Positions 19,289 through 29,380 are shown, counted from the first letter of the stretch. The stretch is 64,000 nt of DNA from Candidatus Shapirobacteria bacterium (GCA_037142555.1 JBAXAJ010000004.1:21738-85737), one strand, 5' to 3'. Notes: generated by a model not told the origin, from the letters alone. A program made the numbers and translations.

Positions 19289-20311
19289 ATGAGTATTCTT
19301 GGTATCGATATTGGACAAAGCACAATTAAAGCCGTTTCATTAAATAAGGTGGAAGGTAAGGGATTAGTTTTGGAGTCTTTGGGTGAAATTAAATTACCAA
19401 GAACTGATTGGCAACAAGGTGATGATAAGGCAATTGCAGAAGTTTCAGTGGCTTTGAAAAGTTTATTAGGAGAATTGAAAATTAAATCTAAGGAAGTTGT
19501 GGCTTGTATGTCTGAGGATGAAGTTGTCAGTCGATTGATAAGATTGCCACCATTGAAAGAATCTGAAATTCGTGATGTGTTGAAATATGAAGCTGAAACT
19601 TTTGTCCCCTACCCTCTAGACCAAGTTTCAATTGATTATGAAATTATTGAAAAAGATGATGTTGGTCGATTAACTTTGTTTGTGATTGCTGCTAGAAATG
19701 AATTGATTCAATCTTACATTAAATTATTTAAATTGGTTGGTTTGGAATTGGCGGCTTTGGAATCTCCAGCGGTGGCTATAAAAAGGACCATTAGCACTTG
19801 TGTGACGGCGGCAACTGGGATTATTGTAATTGACATCGGTGAAAGAAGTTCTGACATAATCAGCCTTAATAATGGCAATGTTTATTTTGCCAGATCTTTG
19901 TCGATTGGGAGTGAATCCATTACCAGATCAATTTCTATTAATTTAGGTCTAGATATGGCCAGCGCTGAGGAATATAAAAAAGCTTATGGAATGAAAGAAA
20001 CTGAGCTTGAGGGGAAAATTAGAAATGCAATTATGCCAGTTTTCAATAGTATCGCTGAAGAAGTCAGAAAGGCCATGGCTTTATTTTTGGAAGAACATAG
20101 TAAGCCAGCTGAATTGTTAGTTTTGAGTGGTGGAAGTGCAAATATCCCGGGAATGGCTGAAGAATTGACAAAAGTTATGGGAGTTGAAGTTCAAATTATT
20201 CAACCATTTTTGAAGATTGATGCCACTGCTTTACAGCTTCCTATTAATTTAAATTCTGAGGGTTGTCGTTTTAGTTTAGCGGTTGGTTTAGCGATGAGAG
20301 GTCTATTATGA
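19289..20311 (+). CDS. pilM: Type IV pilus assembly protein PilM
   Basis: LGIDIG, YEAETFVPYPLD, VIDIG, LSGGSA, AVGLAMR. Confidence 0.93.
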   Translation: MSILGIDIGQSTIKAVSLNKVEGKGLVLESLGEIKLPRTDWQQGDDKAIAEVSVALKSLLGELKIKSKEVVACMSEDEVVSRLIRLPPLKESEIRDVLKYEAETFVPYPLDQVSIDYEIIEKDDVGRLTLFVIAARNELIQSYIKLFKLVGLELAALESPAVAIKRTISTCVTAATGIIVIDIGERSSDIISLNNGNVYFARSLSIGSESITRSISINLGLDMASAEEYKKAYGMKETELEGKIRNAIMPVFNSIAEEVRKAMALFLEEHSKPAELLVLSGGSANIPGMAEELTKVMGVEVQIIQPFLKIDATALQLPINLNSEGCRFSLAVGLAMRGLL

Positions 20312-20853
20312 GCGCGGATTTGAATTTATTACCATCAAGAGCCAAGTTTCAAGCTGCGAAGATCAAATTAAAGAAAACAATAATGTCTTTTGTTTGGATT
20401 TTTGTGTTCACTTGGGTGGCTTTGTTGACTGTAGTTTTAGCTATATTTTTTATTAGTAAATTTAGCCTAGACTTGACTTCAAAAAAATATACATCAGAAC
20501 AAAATCAATATAAAGCATTGGCCGATGACGTTTCAATTAGCTATCAAATCAAATATAGAGCTAAATTGGTTGGTAAAGTCTTAAAAGATCGTTTTGAATA
20601 TGGTAATTCAATTACAAAAATTTATAATATTTTTTCTGCTGATGTTTTGATAAATAATTACGAAATTAAAGGAGAAAAAACTTTTTCTGTAAATGGAAAA
20701 GTTCTTGATGGAGCTAATCTTGACGAAGTTGAAGAAAAAGAAAGAGAAATAAACAGGGGTGACTCAGAAGATTTTGTTTCAGCAAAATTGATTTCAATTA
20801 AGATGAATCCAGATAAAAGTTGGAATTTTGCGATGGAGGTTAAATTAAAATGA
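20308..20853 (+). CDS. pilN: PilN-like protein
   Basis: N-terminal LNLLP motif plus TM helix, directly after pilM. Confidence 0.8.
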   Translation: MSADLNLLPSRAKFQAAKIKLKKTIMSFVWIFVFTWVALLTVVLAIFFISKFSLDLTSKKYTSEQNQYKALADDVSISYQIKYRAKLVGKVLKDRFEYGNSITKIYNIFSADVLINNYEIKGEKTFSVNGKVLDGANLDEVEEKEREINRGDSEDFVSAKLISIKMNPDKSWNFAMEVKLK

Positions 20854-21614
20854 AGAAATTAGATTTTAAATTGCCAGAAAGCATTTTTGGTTTTGAAATT
20901 GGCTTAGTCAAAATTTTGTTACTCCCCTTGCCTCTTATTTTCTTTTTTATAGTTAGTTTAAATTTAGTAATTATTCCAAAAATTGGCGAGATTGGATCAA
21001 CTACTAAAGAAATAACCAAAATTAAGGCTCAAACTAAGGTTGTTGTTGAGAAAAAAGTATATTTAATGTCGAGAGACCAAGAAAAATTGAAGACTGATGA
21101 GGCATATTTGCAAAGTGCTATTTTGAAAGAAAATCAATCTTATTTTCTAGTTGAAGTAGTTCGTTCGGTCGCTAGTAAATATGGTTTTCAAATTAAAAGC
21201 TTTTCAATATCTCCTGGGAAATTAAAAGATGATGATAAGGTCAAAATTGCTAATAAAGATGTAATGAATAGACTACCAATTAGTGTTGTTTTAGTTGGCC
21301 CTAAGGAAAAACATTTAGATTTATTGTTAGCTATGGAAAAAAGTTTGCCAATTTTGGTGATAGATAAATTTAGTATTAACACTTCTGGAGAAATGGCTGA
21401 ATTGAACCTAGATGTTAATTCTTTTTATCTTAATAATAAAGTTGCTTCTGATGTTGTCAATTTGTCTTTAAGCGATTTGACTCTTAATAAAGATGAAGCC
21501 GATTTATTAGACAGATTGGGTGATTTTGAGAAAGTTGAACTTGGTTCAGCTGTTAAAAGTGGAGAAAGTGGTCAATTTATTAAATATCAAAAAGAAAATC
21601 CTTTTAGTCTTTAA
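20850..21614 (+). CDS. pilO: PilO-like protein
   Basis: TM helix, coiled region, MEKSLPILVIDKFSI, terminal NPF; follows pilN. Confidence 0.7.
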   Translation: MKKLDFKLPESIFGFEIGLVKILLLPLPLIFFFIVSLNLVIIPKIGEIGSTTKEITKIKAQTKVVVEKKVYLMSRDQEKLKTDEAYLQSAILKENQSYFLVEVVRSVASKYGFQIKSFSISPGKLKDDDKVKIANKDVMNRLPISVVLVGPKEKHLDLLLAMEKSLPILVIDKFSINTSGEMAELNLDVNSFYLNNKVASDVVNLSLSDLTLNKDEADLLDRLGDFEKVELGSAVKSGESGQFIKYQKENPFSL

Positions 21615-21615
21615 T

Positions 21616-21849
21616 TTACTCTTTTATTTTTAGAGCGAATTTGATGTTAGGATAGGATAGATTTAAAATAGTTCGGATTGATTTGATTACTTTCCCTTCT
21701 TTTCCAATGATTTTTCCAACCATTTCACTTGGAGCTGATATTTCAAAAACAGTGACGTCTTCAACTTCTTCACTGGTGACAGAAATTTCTTCTGGTTTTT
21801 CAACGATAGCCTTTAAAATATACTCAAGAGTGTCAGAGATGTTGTTCAT
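21616..21849 (-). CDS. khpA: KH-domain RNA-binding protein
   Basis: GKIIGKEGKVIKSIRT; adjacent to rpsP. Confidence 0.88.
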   Translation of the reverse strand: MNNISDTLEYILKAIVEKPEEISVTSEEVEDVTVFEISAPSEMVGKIIGKEGKVIKSIRTILNLSYPNIKFALKIKE

Positions 21850-21858
21850 AGGTGTTAA

Positions 21859-22128
21859 TTATTCAGCAGCTGCTTCTTTTTTAATCTTTTTCTTTTTTGG
21901 ATATTTATCTGGGTTTAGAAGTTTATCTAGACCTTGGGTGACTTGAGCACCTTTTTTTTGCCAATCAGCCATTTTGGCTTTATCAATGACGAAAGCTTTG
22001 GTGTGTGGAGTAAAATAACCGATGTCGTCAACAAAGTTACCATTAACTTTGCTTCGAGCTTCAGCAATTACTATTCTGTAAGTGATTTGATGTTTTTTGC
22101 CACGAGGAGCAAGTTTTATTTTTAGCAT
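21859..22128 (-). CDS. rpsP: 30S ribosomal protein S16
   Basis: MLKIKLAPRGKKHQITYRIV, IGYFTP, WQKKGAQ. Confidence 0.93.
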   Translation of the reverse strand: MLKIKLAPRGKKHQITYRIVIAEARSKVNGNFVDDIGYFTPHTKAFVIDKAKMADWQKKGAQVTQGLDKLLNPDKYPKKKKIKKEAAAE

Positions 22129-22138
22129 ATGTTGTCGA

Positions 22139-22831
22139 TTATACAGGATTATTAATGATTTTGGTAGCTTTAATAGAGGCGTCCTCTTCAGCTTTTTGTT
22201 TTGAGTTGCCTTTGCCGGTAGTTATTAGATTTTCATTAAGATAGACACCGACTTCAAATAGTTTTTGGTGATCAGGTCCACTTTCATTAATTGTTTTGTA
22301 ATGTGGGGTGATTCCCCTCTTGGCTTGGGCTATTTCTTGAAAAACGCTTTTTGGATCTTTATATATTTTTTTTGAAGATAAATTAGCTATGCTTTGGTCG
22401 AGCATGTAGGCTAGAAATTTGTAGGCTGCTTCTAGACCCTGATCAAGGTAGATAGCACCGACAATAGCTTCAAAAGTGTCAGCTAGGATTGATTGGTTAG
22501 TTCGACCACCATGGTTTTCTTCACCTTTAGAAAGAGCAATATATTCACCTAGATTGATTTTTTCGGAAACTAGGGCTAAATTTTCGGTTCTGACGACTAA
22601 AGATCGAAGGTTTGTTAAATCACCTTCGTTGAAATCTGGAAATTTTTTGAAAAGAATGTCGGAAATCCATAGTTCAAGGATTGAATCACCTAAAAATTCG
22701 TATCTTTCGTTGGATTCAAGTTTTTTTTCTTTATTTTCGTTTAAATAGGATCGGTGGTTTAGAGCTTGAGCCAGCTTGGTGGTATCTTGGAAATTTACTT
22801 TAATTTTAGATTGTAATTCATCTAATTTCAT
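22139..22831 (-). CDS. rnc: Ribonuclease III
   Basis: NERYEFLGDS, ADTFEAIVGAIYLD, dsRBD GPDH...GKGNSKQKAE. Confidence 0.96.
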   Translation of the reverse strand: MKLDELQSKIKVNFQDTTKLAQALNHRSYLNENKEKKLESNERYEFLGDSILELWISDILFKKFPDFNEGDLTNLRSLVVRTENLALVSEKINLGEYIALSKGEENHGGRTNQSILADTFEAIVGAIYLDQGLEAAYKFLAYMLDQSIANLSSKKIYKDPKSVFQEIAQAKRGITPHYKTINESGPDHQKLFEVGVYLNENLITTGKGNSKQKAEEDASIKATKIINNPV

Positions 22832-22833
22832 AT

Positions 22834-23205
22834 TTATTTTAGATCAGTAATGTCCATTTTTTTAACTGCGTTGCCGATTACACCATTCACAAAAGAAGAA
22901 CTTGTTTCGGTGCCAAATTCTTTGGCAATTTCAACAGCTTCATCAATTACTACCTTAGGTGGATTCTTTTTATCAAACATTAATTCCCAAAAAGCATAGC
23001 GCAAGACACTTAAATCAACTTTATTGATTTTATCAATAGGCCATTTTTGAGCGTTTTCTTGGATGATTAGGTCAATTTCTTTAACTTTTTCTTGAATTTT
23101 GTCGAAATCTTCAACATTGTTTTCGTTCCCACCACATTCCCACGCAAATAATGCTTGGATATTTTTAATTCTGTTTAAATGACGTGGATCGTTTTTATTT
23201 TTCAC
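22834..23205 (-). CDS. nusB: Transcription antitermination factor NusB
   Basis: PPKVVIDEAVEIAKEFG, FVNGV; GTG start overlaps the rpmF stop. Confidence 0.92.
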   Translation of the reverse strand: MKNKNDPRHLNRIKNIQALFAWECGGNENNVEDFDKIQEKVKEIDLIIQENAQKWPIDKINKVDLSVLRYAFWELMFDKKNPPKVVIDEAVEIAKEFGTETSSSFVNGVIGNAVKKMDITDLK

Positions 23206-23354
23206 TGTTTACAATTTGGACATTGAAAACCAGCCATTCTAGGCTGACCGCAATTTTTACAGACTACGGTTTTTTGGATTGTTGGGCCTTTGTCGGCGGC
23301 TCTTCTTTTACCTTGTCGGCGGCTAGAGGGCCAATGTTTTGGTACTGCTGTCAT
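23202..23354 (-). CDS. rpmF: 50S ribosomal protein L32
   Basis: Not in the ORF track; MTAVPKHWPSSRRQGKRRA...CKNCG...QCPNC (50 aa). Confidence 0.88.
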   Translation of the reverse strand: MTAVPKHWPSSRRQGKRRAADKGPTIQKTVVCKNCGQPRMAGFQCPNCKQ

Positions 23355-23416
23355 GGGAGTATTGTATCATGAAGATTTTCTTCTTAGAAGATGTTAGGAG
23401 GTGTATAATTCGGTAT

Positions 23417-24406
23417 ATGAAAATAAAAGTGAGTGAATTAAAAAAAATAGTTGATATTATATTAACAAAATATAAATATAATCCAGTGGAAGTTGAAATA
23501 ATTAGTGAAATTTTGATGTATGCTCAATTAAGAGGAAATAACCAAGGTATTGTAAAGTTAATCAACCAAAAGTTTGCTAAAGATGTTAATGCTGGTGAAA
23601 TTGAAGTTACAGAAAGAACAAAATTATCAGTTTTAATTAATGGTAACCATAATTCTGGAATGGTGGTGCTTAAAAAAGCTATGGACAGAGCTATTGGAAT
23701 AGCAAAAGAACATGGCTTTGGAATTGTTGGTATGAATAATACAAATAGTTCTACTGGAGCAATTGGTTATTATGCTAATGAAATTGCTAAACAAGGATTG
23801 ATAGGTTTTGTTTTCGCTGGTTCCCCTGAGACTGTTAACACCCATGGATCTTTTGAACCTATATTTGGAACAAATCCTCTTGCTATTGGAATGCCTTCTG
23901 ATGGTGATCCGGTGGTATTGGATATGGCGACAGCTTCAATGGCTTATTTTGGATTAATTGAAGCAGCAACTGCTGGAAAAAAAATTCCAGAAGGAATTGC
24001 TTATGATGAAAATGGAAACTTAACTACTGATCCAAACTTAGCTTTGGATGGAGCAATCAGACCTTTTGACAGATCTTATAAAGGTGCAGGATTGGCTATG
24101 ATGATAGAAATATTGACTGGTCCCCTTGTGGCAGCATCATTTACTGGAATTGGAGATACAGAAACTAACTGGGGCAATTTAATTTATGTAATTGATCCAA
24201 ATTTATTGGTTGACGTAAAAACTTTTAAATTTCAAGTGTCTCAAATGGTAGAAAAAGTTAAATCGACTAAAAAATTGCCAGGTGTTGATGAAATATTTGT
24301 TCCTGGAGAAATGGGAAATAAATTAACTAAGCAAAATTTAGATAGAGATGAAATAGAAATTGAAGATAACCTTTTGAACAAACTTAAAGAAGTTGTTGAA
24401 AACTAA
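23417..24406 (+). CDS. Ldh_2 family (malate/L-lactate/ureidoglycolate-type) dehydrogenase
   Basis: AQLRG, GTNPLAI, LDMATA, YKGAGLAMMIE, VPGE. Start at MKIKV, 7 nt after TATAAT. Confidence 0.88.
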   Translation: MKIKVSELKKIVDIILTKYKYNPVEVEIISEILMYAQLRGNNQGIVKLINQKFAKDVNAGEIEVTERTKLSVLINGNHNSGMVVLKKAMDRAIGIAKEHGFGIVGMNNTNSSTGAIGYYANEIAKQGLIGFVFAGSPETVNTHGSFEPIFGTNPLAIGMPSDGDPVVLDMATASMAYFGLIEAATAGKKIPEGIAYDENGNLTTDPNLALDGAIRPFDRSYKGAGLAMMIEILTGPLVAASFTGIGDTETNWGNLIYVIDPNLLVDVKTFKFQVSQMVEKVKSTKKLPGVDEIFVPGEMGNKLTKQNLDRDEIEIEDNLLNKLKEVVEN

Positions 24407-24487
24407 ATGAATATGGAGCAAAGAACTCAGATTTTGTTGGTTGTGAACATTGTGGTGCTTGCACAACAGAAGCTGATTATATGAATT

Positions 24488-26497
24488 TTAGTTATTAATA
24501 GTGGTGCCGGAGCTGAGATTTTCGGAAATGATTTGAAAAAAATTGTAGTTTGGATAGTTGTTTATAATTTCTTTAAGAATTTCTTGGCTGAAGCTGATAA
24601 GTTTAGTGTCAGAGAAAGAAGCAATTTTAAGAGATGGGAAACCATGTTGGATAGTGGAAAAAACTTCGCCTGGTCCCCTATTCTTTAAATCATATTCAGA
24701 AATTTTTAGACCATTGTCATTTTTTTCGAGAAAATTAAGACGATCGATGGCTTTTTGATTTTCAGATTCAGTGAAAAGATAGCAATAACTTTGTTGATGA
24801 CCACGACCGACTCGACCGCGAAGTTGGTGAAGTTGGGCTAATCCAAAACGATCAGCTGATTGAATAATGATTATAGAAGAATTTGGGATGTCGACACCGA
24901 CTTCAATTATTGGAGTGGTGACTAGAACATTTATTTTATTATCTTTGAATTTTTTAATGATTTCTTCTCGATCTTTAATTTTAATTTTGCCATGGATAAG
25001 GCCTAATTTTAAATTTGGAAAAACATCTTGAGATAAATGTTCGAATTCTTTAACAGCTGATTTAACACTGGCCATTGATTCGGAAATGTCGATGAATGGA
25101 CAAACAATGAAGGCTTGGCATTTAGTTTTTTTAATTTCAGTTTCAATCCATTTATAACAATTTGTTTTTTTATGTTGAGGAACTAGAAAAGTTTTTATTT
25201 GAAGACGGTTTTGGGGAAGAGTGTCGATGGTGGAAATGTCTAGATTTCCAAGCAGAGTCAGACTGATTGTTCGAGGGATTGGGGTGGCAGTCATAGTTAG
25301 ACAATGAGGAAGTTTTAGGGATGAATTTAAAAATGATCTTTGTTTAACTCCAAATTTGTGTTGTTCATCAATTATTAGGAGAGAAATTTCGTTAGTTAAA
25401 TCATTTTTTTGATAGATAATGGCGTGGGTGCTGATGATTATTCCATTTTTAGGAATTTTTTTAAGATCTACTTTTTTGGAGCCAGTTAATAAGAAAATAG
25501 GAATATTTTTGCCTTTTAGAATAGATTCAAAGTTTTGGTAGTGTTGTTGAGCCAGAATTTCAGTTGGAGCAACTATGACTGAAAGACAATTGTTAAGATG
25601 AGCTAGATAACAAGCCATTAAAGCGACAATGGTTTTGCCGGAACCAACATCACCCTGCAGTAGACGATTCATAACTTGTTTTTTGTTACTTAAATCAGAA
25701 AAAATTTCATCTATAACTTTTGTCTGGCAACTGGTTAATTCATAAGGCAGAGATTTTATTAGAGTTTTAATTTTTTGATCAATAGTTTTAGTGATTTTGA
25801 AATTATTTTTTGGACTTTTTTGAAGCCAATCTTTTTTGGAAAGATAGGATCTAATTTGAAGAGATAGTATTTCTTCAGTGGCTAGTCTGGTTCTAGTTTG
25901 TTCTAAAGTTTGAGAATTTTTAGGGCAATGGATTTCTTCTAGGGCTGTTTTTAGATCTATAAGTTTAAATTTTTTAATTAATTCAGTAGGCAAAGTTTCT
26001 TTGATTGGGGCTATTAAATTTTTGATTTGAGTTTGAATTGTTTTACGAAACCATTTTGAACTTAGACCACTAGTCTCTGGATAAATAGCGATTATTTTGC
26101 CAGTGTTATATTGTCCATATTCTGGGGCAATAATGGTTTTTTTGTTTTGGAACAAAGAAACGGTTCCAGCAAAACTTAGAGTCTCCCCTGTTTTGATAGA
26201 AGTTGATAAATATGGTTGGTTAAACCAAATTAAATCTATTCTTCCAGTATCATCAGAAATAGTGGCTTTTTGAAGATTTTTGCCGTTTCTAGTGTAGATA
26301 TTTTTGAAATCGAGAACTTGGCCAGTGATGGTGACATTATTGTTTTCTAGGACAGAATTTATTTTGACAGATTTAGAAAAATCAATGTATCTTGAGGGGA
26401 AATGATAGAGCAGGTCTTGAGCTGAGTTAATATTGAGACGTTTCAATTTTTCTAGAATTTTTGGACCGATGCCAGGAATTTGAGAAAGACTATCCAT
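24488..26497 (-). CDS. recG: ATP-dependent DNA helicase RecG
   Basis: LLQGDVGSGKT, DEQHKFGVKQR, MTATPIPRT, QLRGRVGRG. Confidence 0.96.
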   Translation of the reverse strand: MDSLSQIPGIGPKILEKLKRLNINSAQDLLYHFPSRYIDFSKSVKINSVLENNNVTITGQVLDFKNIYTRNGKNLQKATISDDTGRIDLIWFNQPYLSTSIKTGETLSFAGTVSLFQNKKTIIAPEYGQYNTGKIIAIYPETSGLSSKWFRKTIQTQIKNLIAPIKETLPTELIKKFKLIDLKTALEEIHCPKNSQTLEQTRTRLATEEILSLQIRSYLSKKDWLQKSPKNNFKITKTIDQKIKTLIKSLPYELTSCQTKVIDEIFSDLSNKKQVMNRLLQGDVGSGKTIVALMACYLAHLNNCLSVIVAPTEILAQQHYQNFESILKGKNIPIFLLTGSKKVDLKKIPKNGIIISTHAIIYQKNDLTNEISLLIIDEQHKFGVKQRSFLNSSLKLPHCLTMTATPIPRTISLTLLGNLDISTIDTLPQNRLQIKTFLVPQHKKTNCYKWIETEIKKTKCQAFIVCPFIDISESMASVKSAVKEFEHLSQDVFPNLKLGLIHGKIKIKDREEIIKKFKDNKINVLVTTPIIEVGVDIPNSSIIIIQSADRFGLAQLHQLRGRVGRGHQQSYCYLFTESENQKAIDRLNFLEKNDNGLKISEYDLKNRGPGEVFSTIQHGFPSLKIASFSDTKLISFSQEILKEIINNYPNYNFFQIISENLSSGTTINN

Positions 26498-26528
26498 AAA
26501 AATAATAATAACAGATTTTATTTTAGTT

Positions 26529-26544
26529 TTCGGGTTTAGTTTGG
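26529..26544. promoter_or_regulatory. Putative LexA operator upstream of recG
   Basis: TTCGG-N6-TTTGG, with the same spacing as the direct repeat in the lexA promoter. Confidence 0.4.
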
Positions 26545-26579
26545 GTTAAATAATTTTATATTTGTGCTATGATTAATTC

Positions 26580-26684
26580 ATGGCAATTAAAGGTAAAACA
26601 ATTAAAAAAGTTATTTTAGCGTTGACTCTGGCAGCTTTATTGCTTTCTGGGTTGGTGCCATTTTTTTCAGTTTTATTAAACTAA
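26580..26684 (+). CDS. 34-aa single-TM membrane microprotein
   Basis: Not in the ORF track; MAIKGKTIKKVILALTLAALLLSGLVPFFSVLLN; extended -10 TGCTATGAT 6 nt upstream of ATG. Confidence 0.65.
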   Translation: MAIKGKTIKKVILALTLAALLLSGLVPFFSVLLN

Positions 26685-26753
26685 ATGAGAGGAAGTCTTT
26701 TTTTTAAATTAAAAAATTGGGTTATACTAAGGTATAGGTATTTGAGATATAGA

Positions 26754-29291
26754 ATGTCGAAGATTAATTTTAAAGATAAGAAGTTTTGGTATAAATTTGT
26801 GATTGGATTTTTGATTCTGATTGTAGTTGGCTTTTTGATGACAATGATAGTTTTTGCTATCTTTTCAAAAGATTTGCCTTCCCCTTCTAAGGTAGTAAGG
26901 CGAGATGGTTTTTCCAGCAAAATTTATGATCGAAATGGTGAGCTTTTATATGATGTCTTTAAAAATGAAAAAAGAATTCCAGCAGTTTGGTCTGATGTTC
27001 CAGATTATTTAAAGAAAGCGACAATTGCAGTTGAAGATAAAGAATTTTATAAGCACAAAGGGTTTGACCCTTTAGCTCCTTTTAGAATTATTAAGAACGT
27101 TTTTTATTTTCATAAATTAACAGGAGGATCAACATTGACCCAACAGTTGGTCAAAAATGTATTGTTAAGTTCAGATGTGACTGTCACTCGTAAAATTAAA
27201 GAGTTTATTTTGGCAGTTCAAATTGAAGCGAAGTATAAAAAGGACGACATTCTCTTAATGTATTTAAATGAAGCTCCATATGGTGGAATAGCTTGGGGTA
27301 TTGAAGCAGGATCACAACAATATTTTAATAAGCCGATTAAAGACTTAAATTTGACAGAATCAGCTATTTTGGCTGGTTTGCCACAAAGACCAAATGCTTA
27401 TTCACCTTTTTCAAAAACACCAATGGCATATGTTGATAGAACTAAACATGTTTTAACTAGAATGGTGGAAGATGGTTATATTAGTCAAGAGGCAGCGGAC
27501 CAGGCTCTAGAAGATGCAAAAACATATGTATTTAGTAAAAATAGAAGTCAGATTGTAGCTCCACATTTTGTTTTATGGATTAGGGATGTTTTGATTAAAA
27601 AATATGGAGAAGAAGTGGTTAATAATGGTGGTTTAAAAGTCACAACAACTTTGGATTTGAGATTACAGGAAGAAGCTGAAAAGATTATGTATGAGGAAAT
27701 TGATAAAGCCGAGAAATTAGGAATCAGTAATGGTGCTTCTATAATGGTTGATCCAACTAATGGCCAAGTTTTATCAATGGTTGGTTCAAGAGATTATTTT
27801 TCTGATAAAACTGATGGTAATTTTAATGTGGTAACTCAAGCCTTAAGACAACCAGGTTCAGCTATTAAACCAATCACCTATTTGGCAGCAATTCAAAAAG
27901 GTTACACAGCTAGTAGTTTAATTATGGATACACCAGTTACTTTTCCTGGAGGTGCTGGTCAAAAAGATTATAGTCCGCAAAATTATACTGGCAAGTTTGT
28001 TGGTCCACTTAGTTTAAGGAATGCTTTGGGTAACTCTATTAATACGACTGCTGTTAAAACTTTAGCTCGAGTTGGCTTAAAAAATATGTTGACTTTAGCA
28101 AATGATATGGGGTTAACAACTTTGGCTCCAACAAAAGAAAATTTGGCTCGATTTGGTTTAGCAGTTACTCTTGGAGGTGCTGAAGTTAAAATCATTGATT
28201 TAGCTGGAGCATACACAGCTTTTGCTAATGGTGGTAACAGTATGGCACTAAATGGTGTTTTAAAAGTGGAAGATTCTAGTGGCAGAGTTTTGGAAGAATT
28301 CAAAGCACCTGAGGGTAAAAAAGTTATGACACCACAAGAGGCTTTTATTATTTCTAATATCTTACAAGACAATAGTGCTAGAACTTTAACTTTCGGAGCA
28401 GTTAATGGATTGATAATTCCTAATTATCAAGTTGCTGTTAAAACTGGAACAACAAATGATAAGAGAGATAACTGGGCTATTGGTTGGACCCCAAATTTGT
28501 TAAGTGTGGTTTGGGTGGGAAATAATGATAACTCCCCTATGGGTAAAGTTGCTTCTGGTGTTTCTGGAGCTTCTCCAATTTGGCGTAGATTAATGCTTTA
28601 TGAAGTTCCAAAAAGAACAAAACAAGACTTCCCAATTCCAGAAAAGATTGTCAGTGTAGATGTAGATATTGTTTCTGGTTATCCAGCTCATGATGGTTTC
28701 CCTTCAAGACCTGATTATTTTATTGATGGGACTCAACCAAACACTCCAGATCCAATTCATATCATGGCAAAAGTTTGTAAAGATAGTAATGGGCTAGCAC
28801 CTCCAGAAGATGTGGCTTCAAATAATTTCAACACCAAAGAATTCTTTAGTTTTAAAGAAGATGACCCAGTTTCAACTGATGGCAAGAATAGGTGGCAAGA
28901 TGGAATTAATAAATGGCTTTCAACCCAGGGTGATCAAAGTAAATATAACCCACCTACTGGTTATTGTAGATCTGGTGGCTTGATTGATTTGGGATTTGAT
29001 AATATTTCTGATAATTCGGTAGTTAGTCCAACCTTTGATGTTAAAGCTCACACTACTTCATTAGTAAAAATTGTAGAGATGAAACTTTGGGTTGACGGAC
29101 AAGAACAAAAGAGCTGGTCAGAAAAACCTTATGAAACTACTTTGACATTAGCTGATGGTATTCACACTCTTAAAATCAAGGCAACTGATAGAGATGGAAA
29201 CAGTAAAGAGAGAGAAATAAAGATTGAAGTTAAAAGCCCGATTAGCCCAACAACTACAGTAATTCCAACAGTTGGAGAAACTACCCCTTAG
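26754..29291 (+). CDS. Class A penicillin-binding protein (PBP1A family) with C-terminal Ig-like domain
   Basis: EDKEFYKHKG, GGSTLTQQLVKN, RKIKE, QPGSAIKP (SxxK), SIN, KTGT. Start 26754 preferred over 26685. Confidence 0.94.
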   Translation: MSKINFKDKKFWYKFVIGFLILIVVGFLMTMIVFAIFSKDLPSPSKVVRRDGFSSKIYDRNGELLYDVFKNEKRIPAVWSDVPDYLKKATIAVEDKEFYKHKGFDPLAPFRIIKNVFYFHKLTGGSTLTQQLVKNVLLSSDVTVTRKIKEFILAVQIEAKYKKDDILLMYLNEAPYGGIAWGIEAGSQQYFNKPIKDLNLTESAILAGLPQRPNAYSPFSKTPMAYVDRTKHVLTRMVEDGYISQEAADQALEDAKTYVFSKNRSQIVAPHFVLWIRDVLIKKYGEEVVNNGGLKVTTTLDLRLQEEAEKIMYEEIDKAEKLGISNGASIMVDPTNGQVLSMVGSRDYFSDKTDGNFNVVTQALRQPGSAIKPITYLAAIQKGYTASSLIMDTPVTFPGGAGQKDYSPQNYTGKFVGPLSLRNALGNSINTTAVKTLARVGLKNMLTLANDMGLTTLAPTKENLARFGLAVTLGGAEVKIIDLAGAYTAFANGGNSMALNGVLKVEDSSGRVLEEFKAPEGKKVMTPQEAFIISNILQDNSARTLTFGAVNGLIIPNYQVAVKTGTTNDKRDNWAIGWTPNLLSVVWVGNNDNSPMGKVASGVSGASPIWRRLMLYEVPKRTKQDFPIPEKIVSVDVDIVSGYPAHDGFPSRPDYFIDGTQPNTPDPIHIMAKVCKDSNGLAPPEDVASNNFNTKEFFSFKEDDPVSTDGKNRWQDGINKWLSTQGDQSKYNPPTGYCRSGGLIDLGFDNISDNSVVSPTFDVKAHTTSLVKIVEMKLWVDGQEQKSWSEKPYETTLTLADGIHTLKIKATDRDGNSKEREIKIEVKSPISPTTTVIPTVGETTP

Positions 29292-29332
29292 CTTTGTCCT
29301 ATCCTTAGGGAAAATCAGAAAATAGATTACAA

Positions 29333-29359
29333 TTAGCACTCTTGTGTATTGACTGCTAA
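29333..29359. promoter_or_regulatory. CIRCE-like inverted repeat
   Basis: TTAGCACTC-N9-GACTGCTAA, one mismatch to CIRCE TTAGCACTC-N9-GAGTGCTAA; lies between convergent gene ends. Confidence 0.7.
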
Positions 29360-29380
29360 TGTGTATTTAATACACATTGT

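Noticed and set aside
24406-24498. Startless frame NEYGAKNSDFVGCEHCGACTTEADY with CxxCxxC, and a 25-aa ORF at 24407
   Set aside because: The first has no start codon and both are too short; possibly a gene remnant but not supportable.
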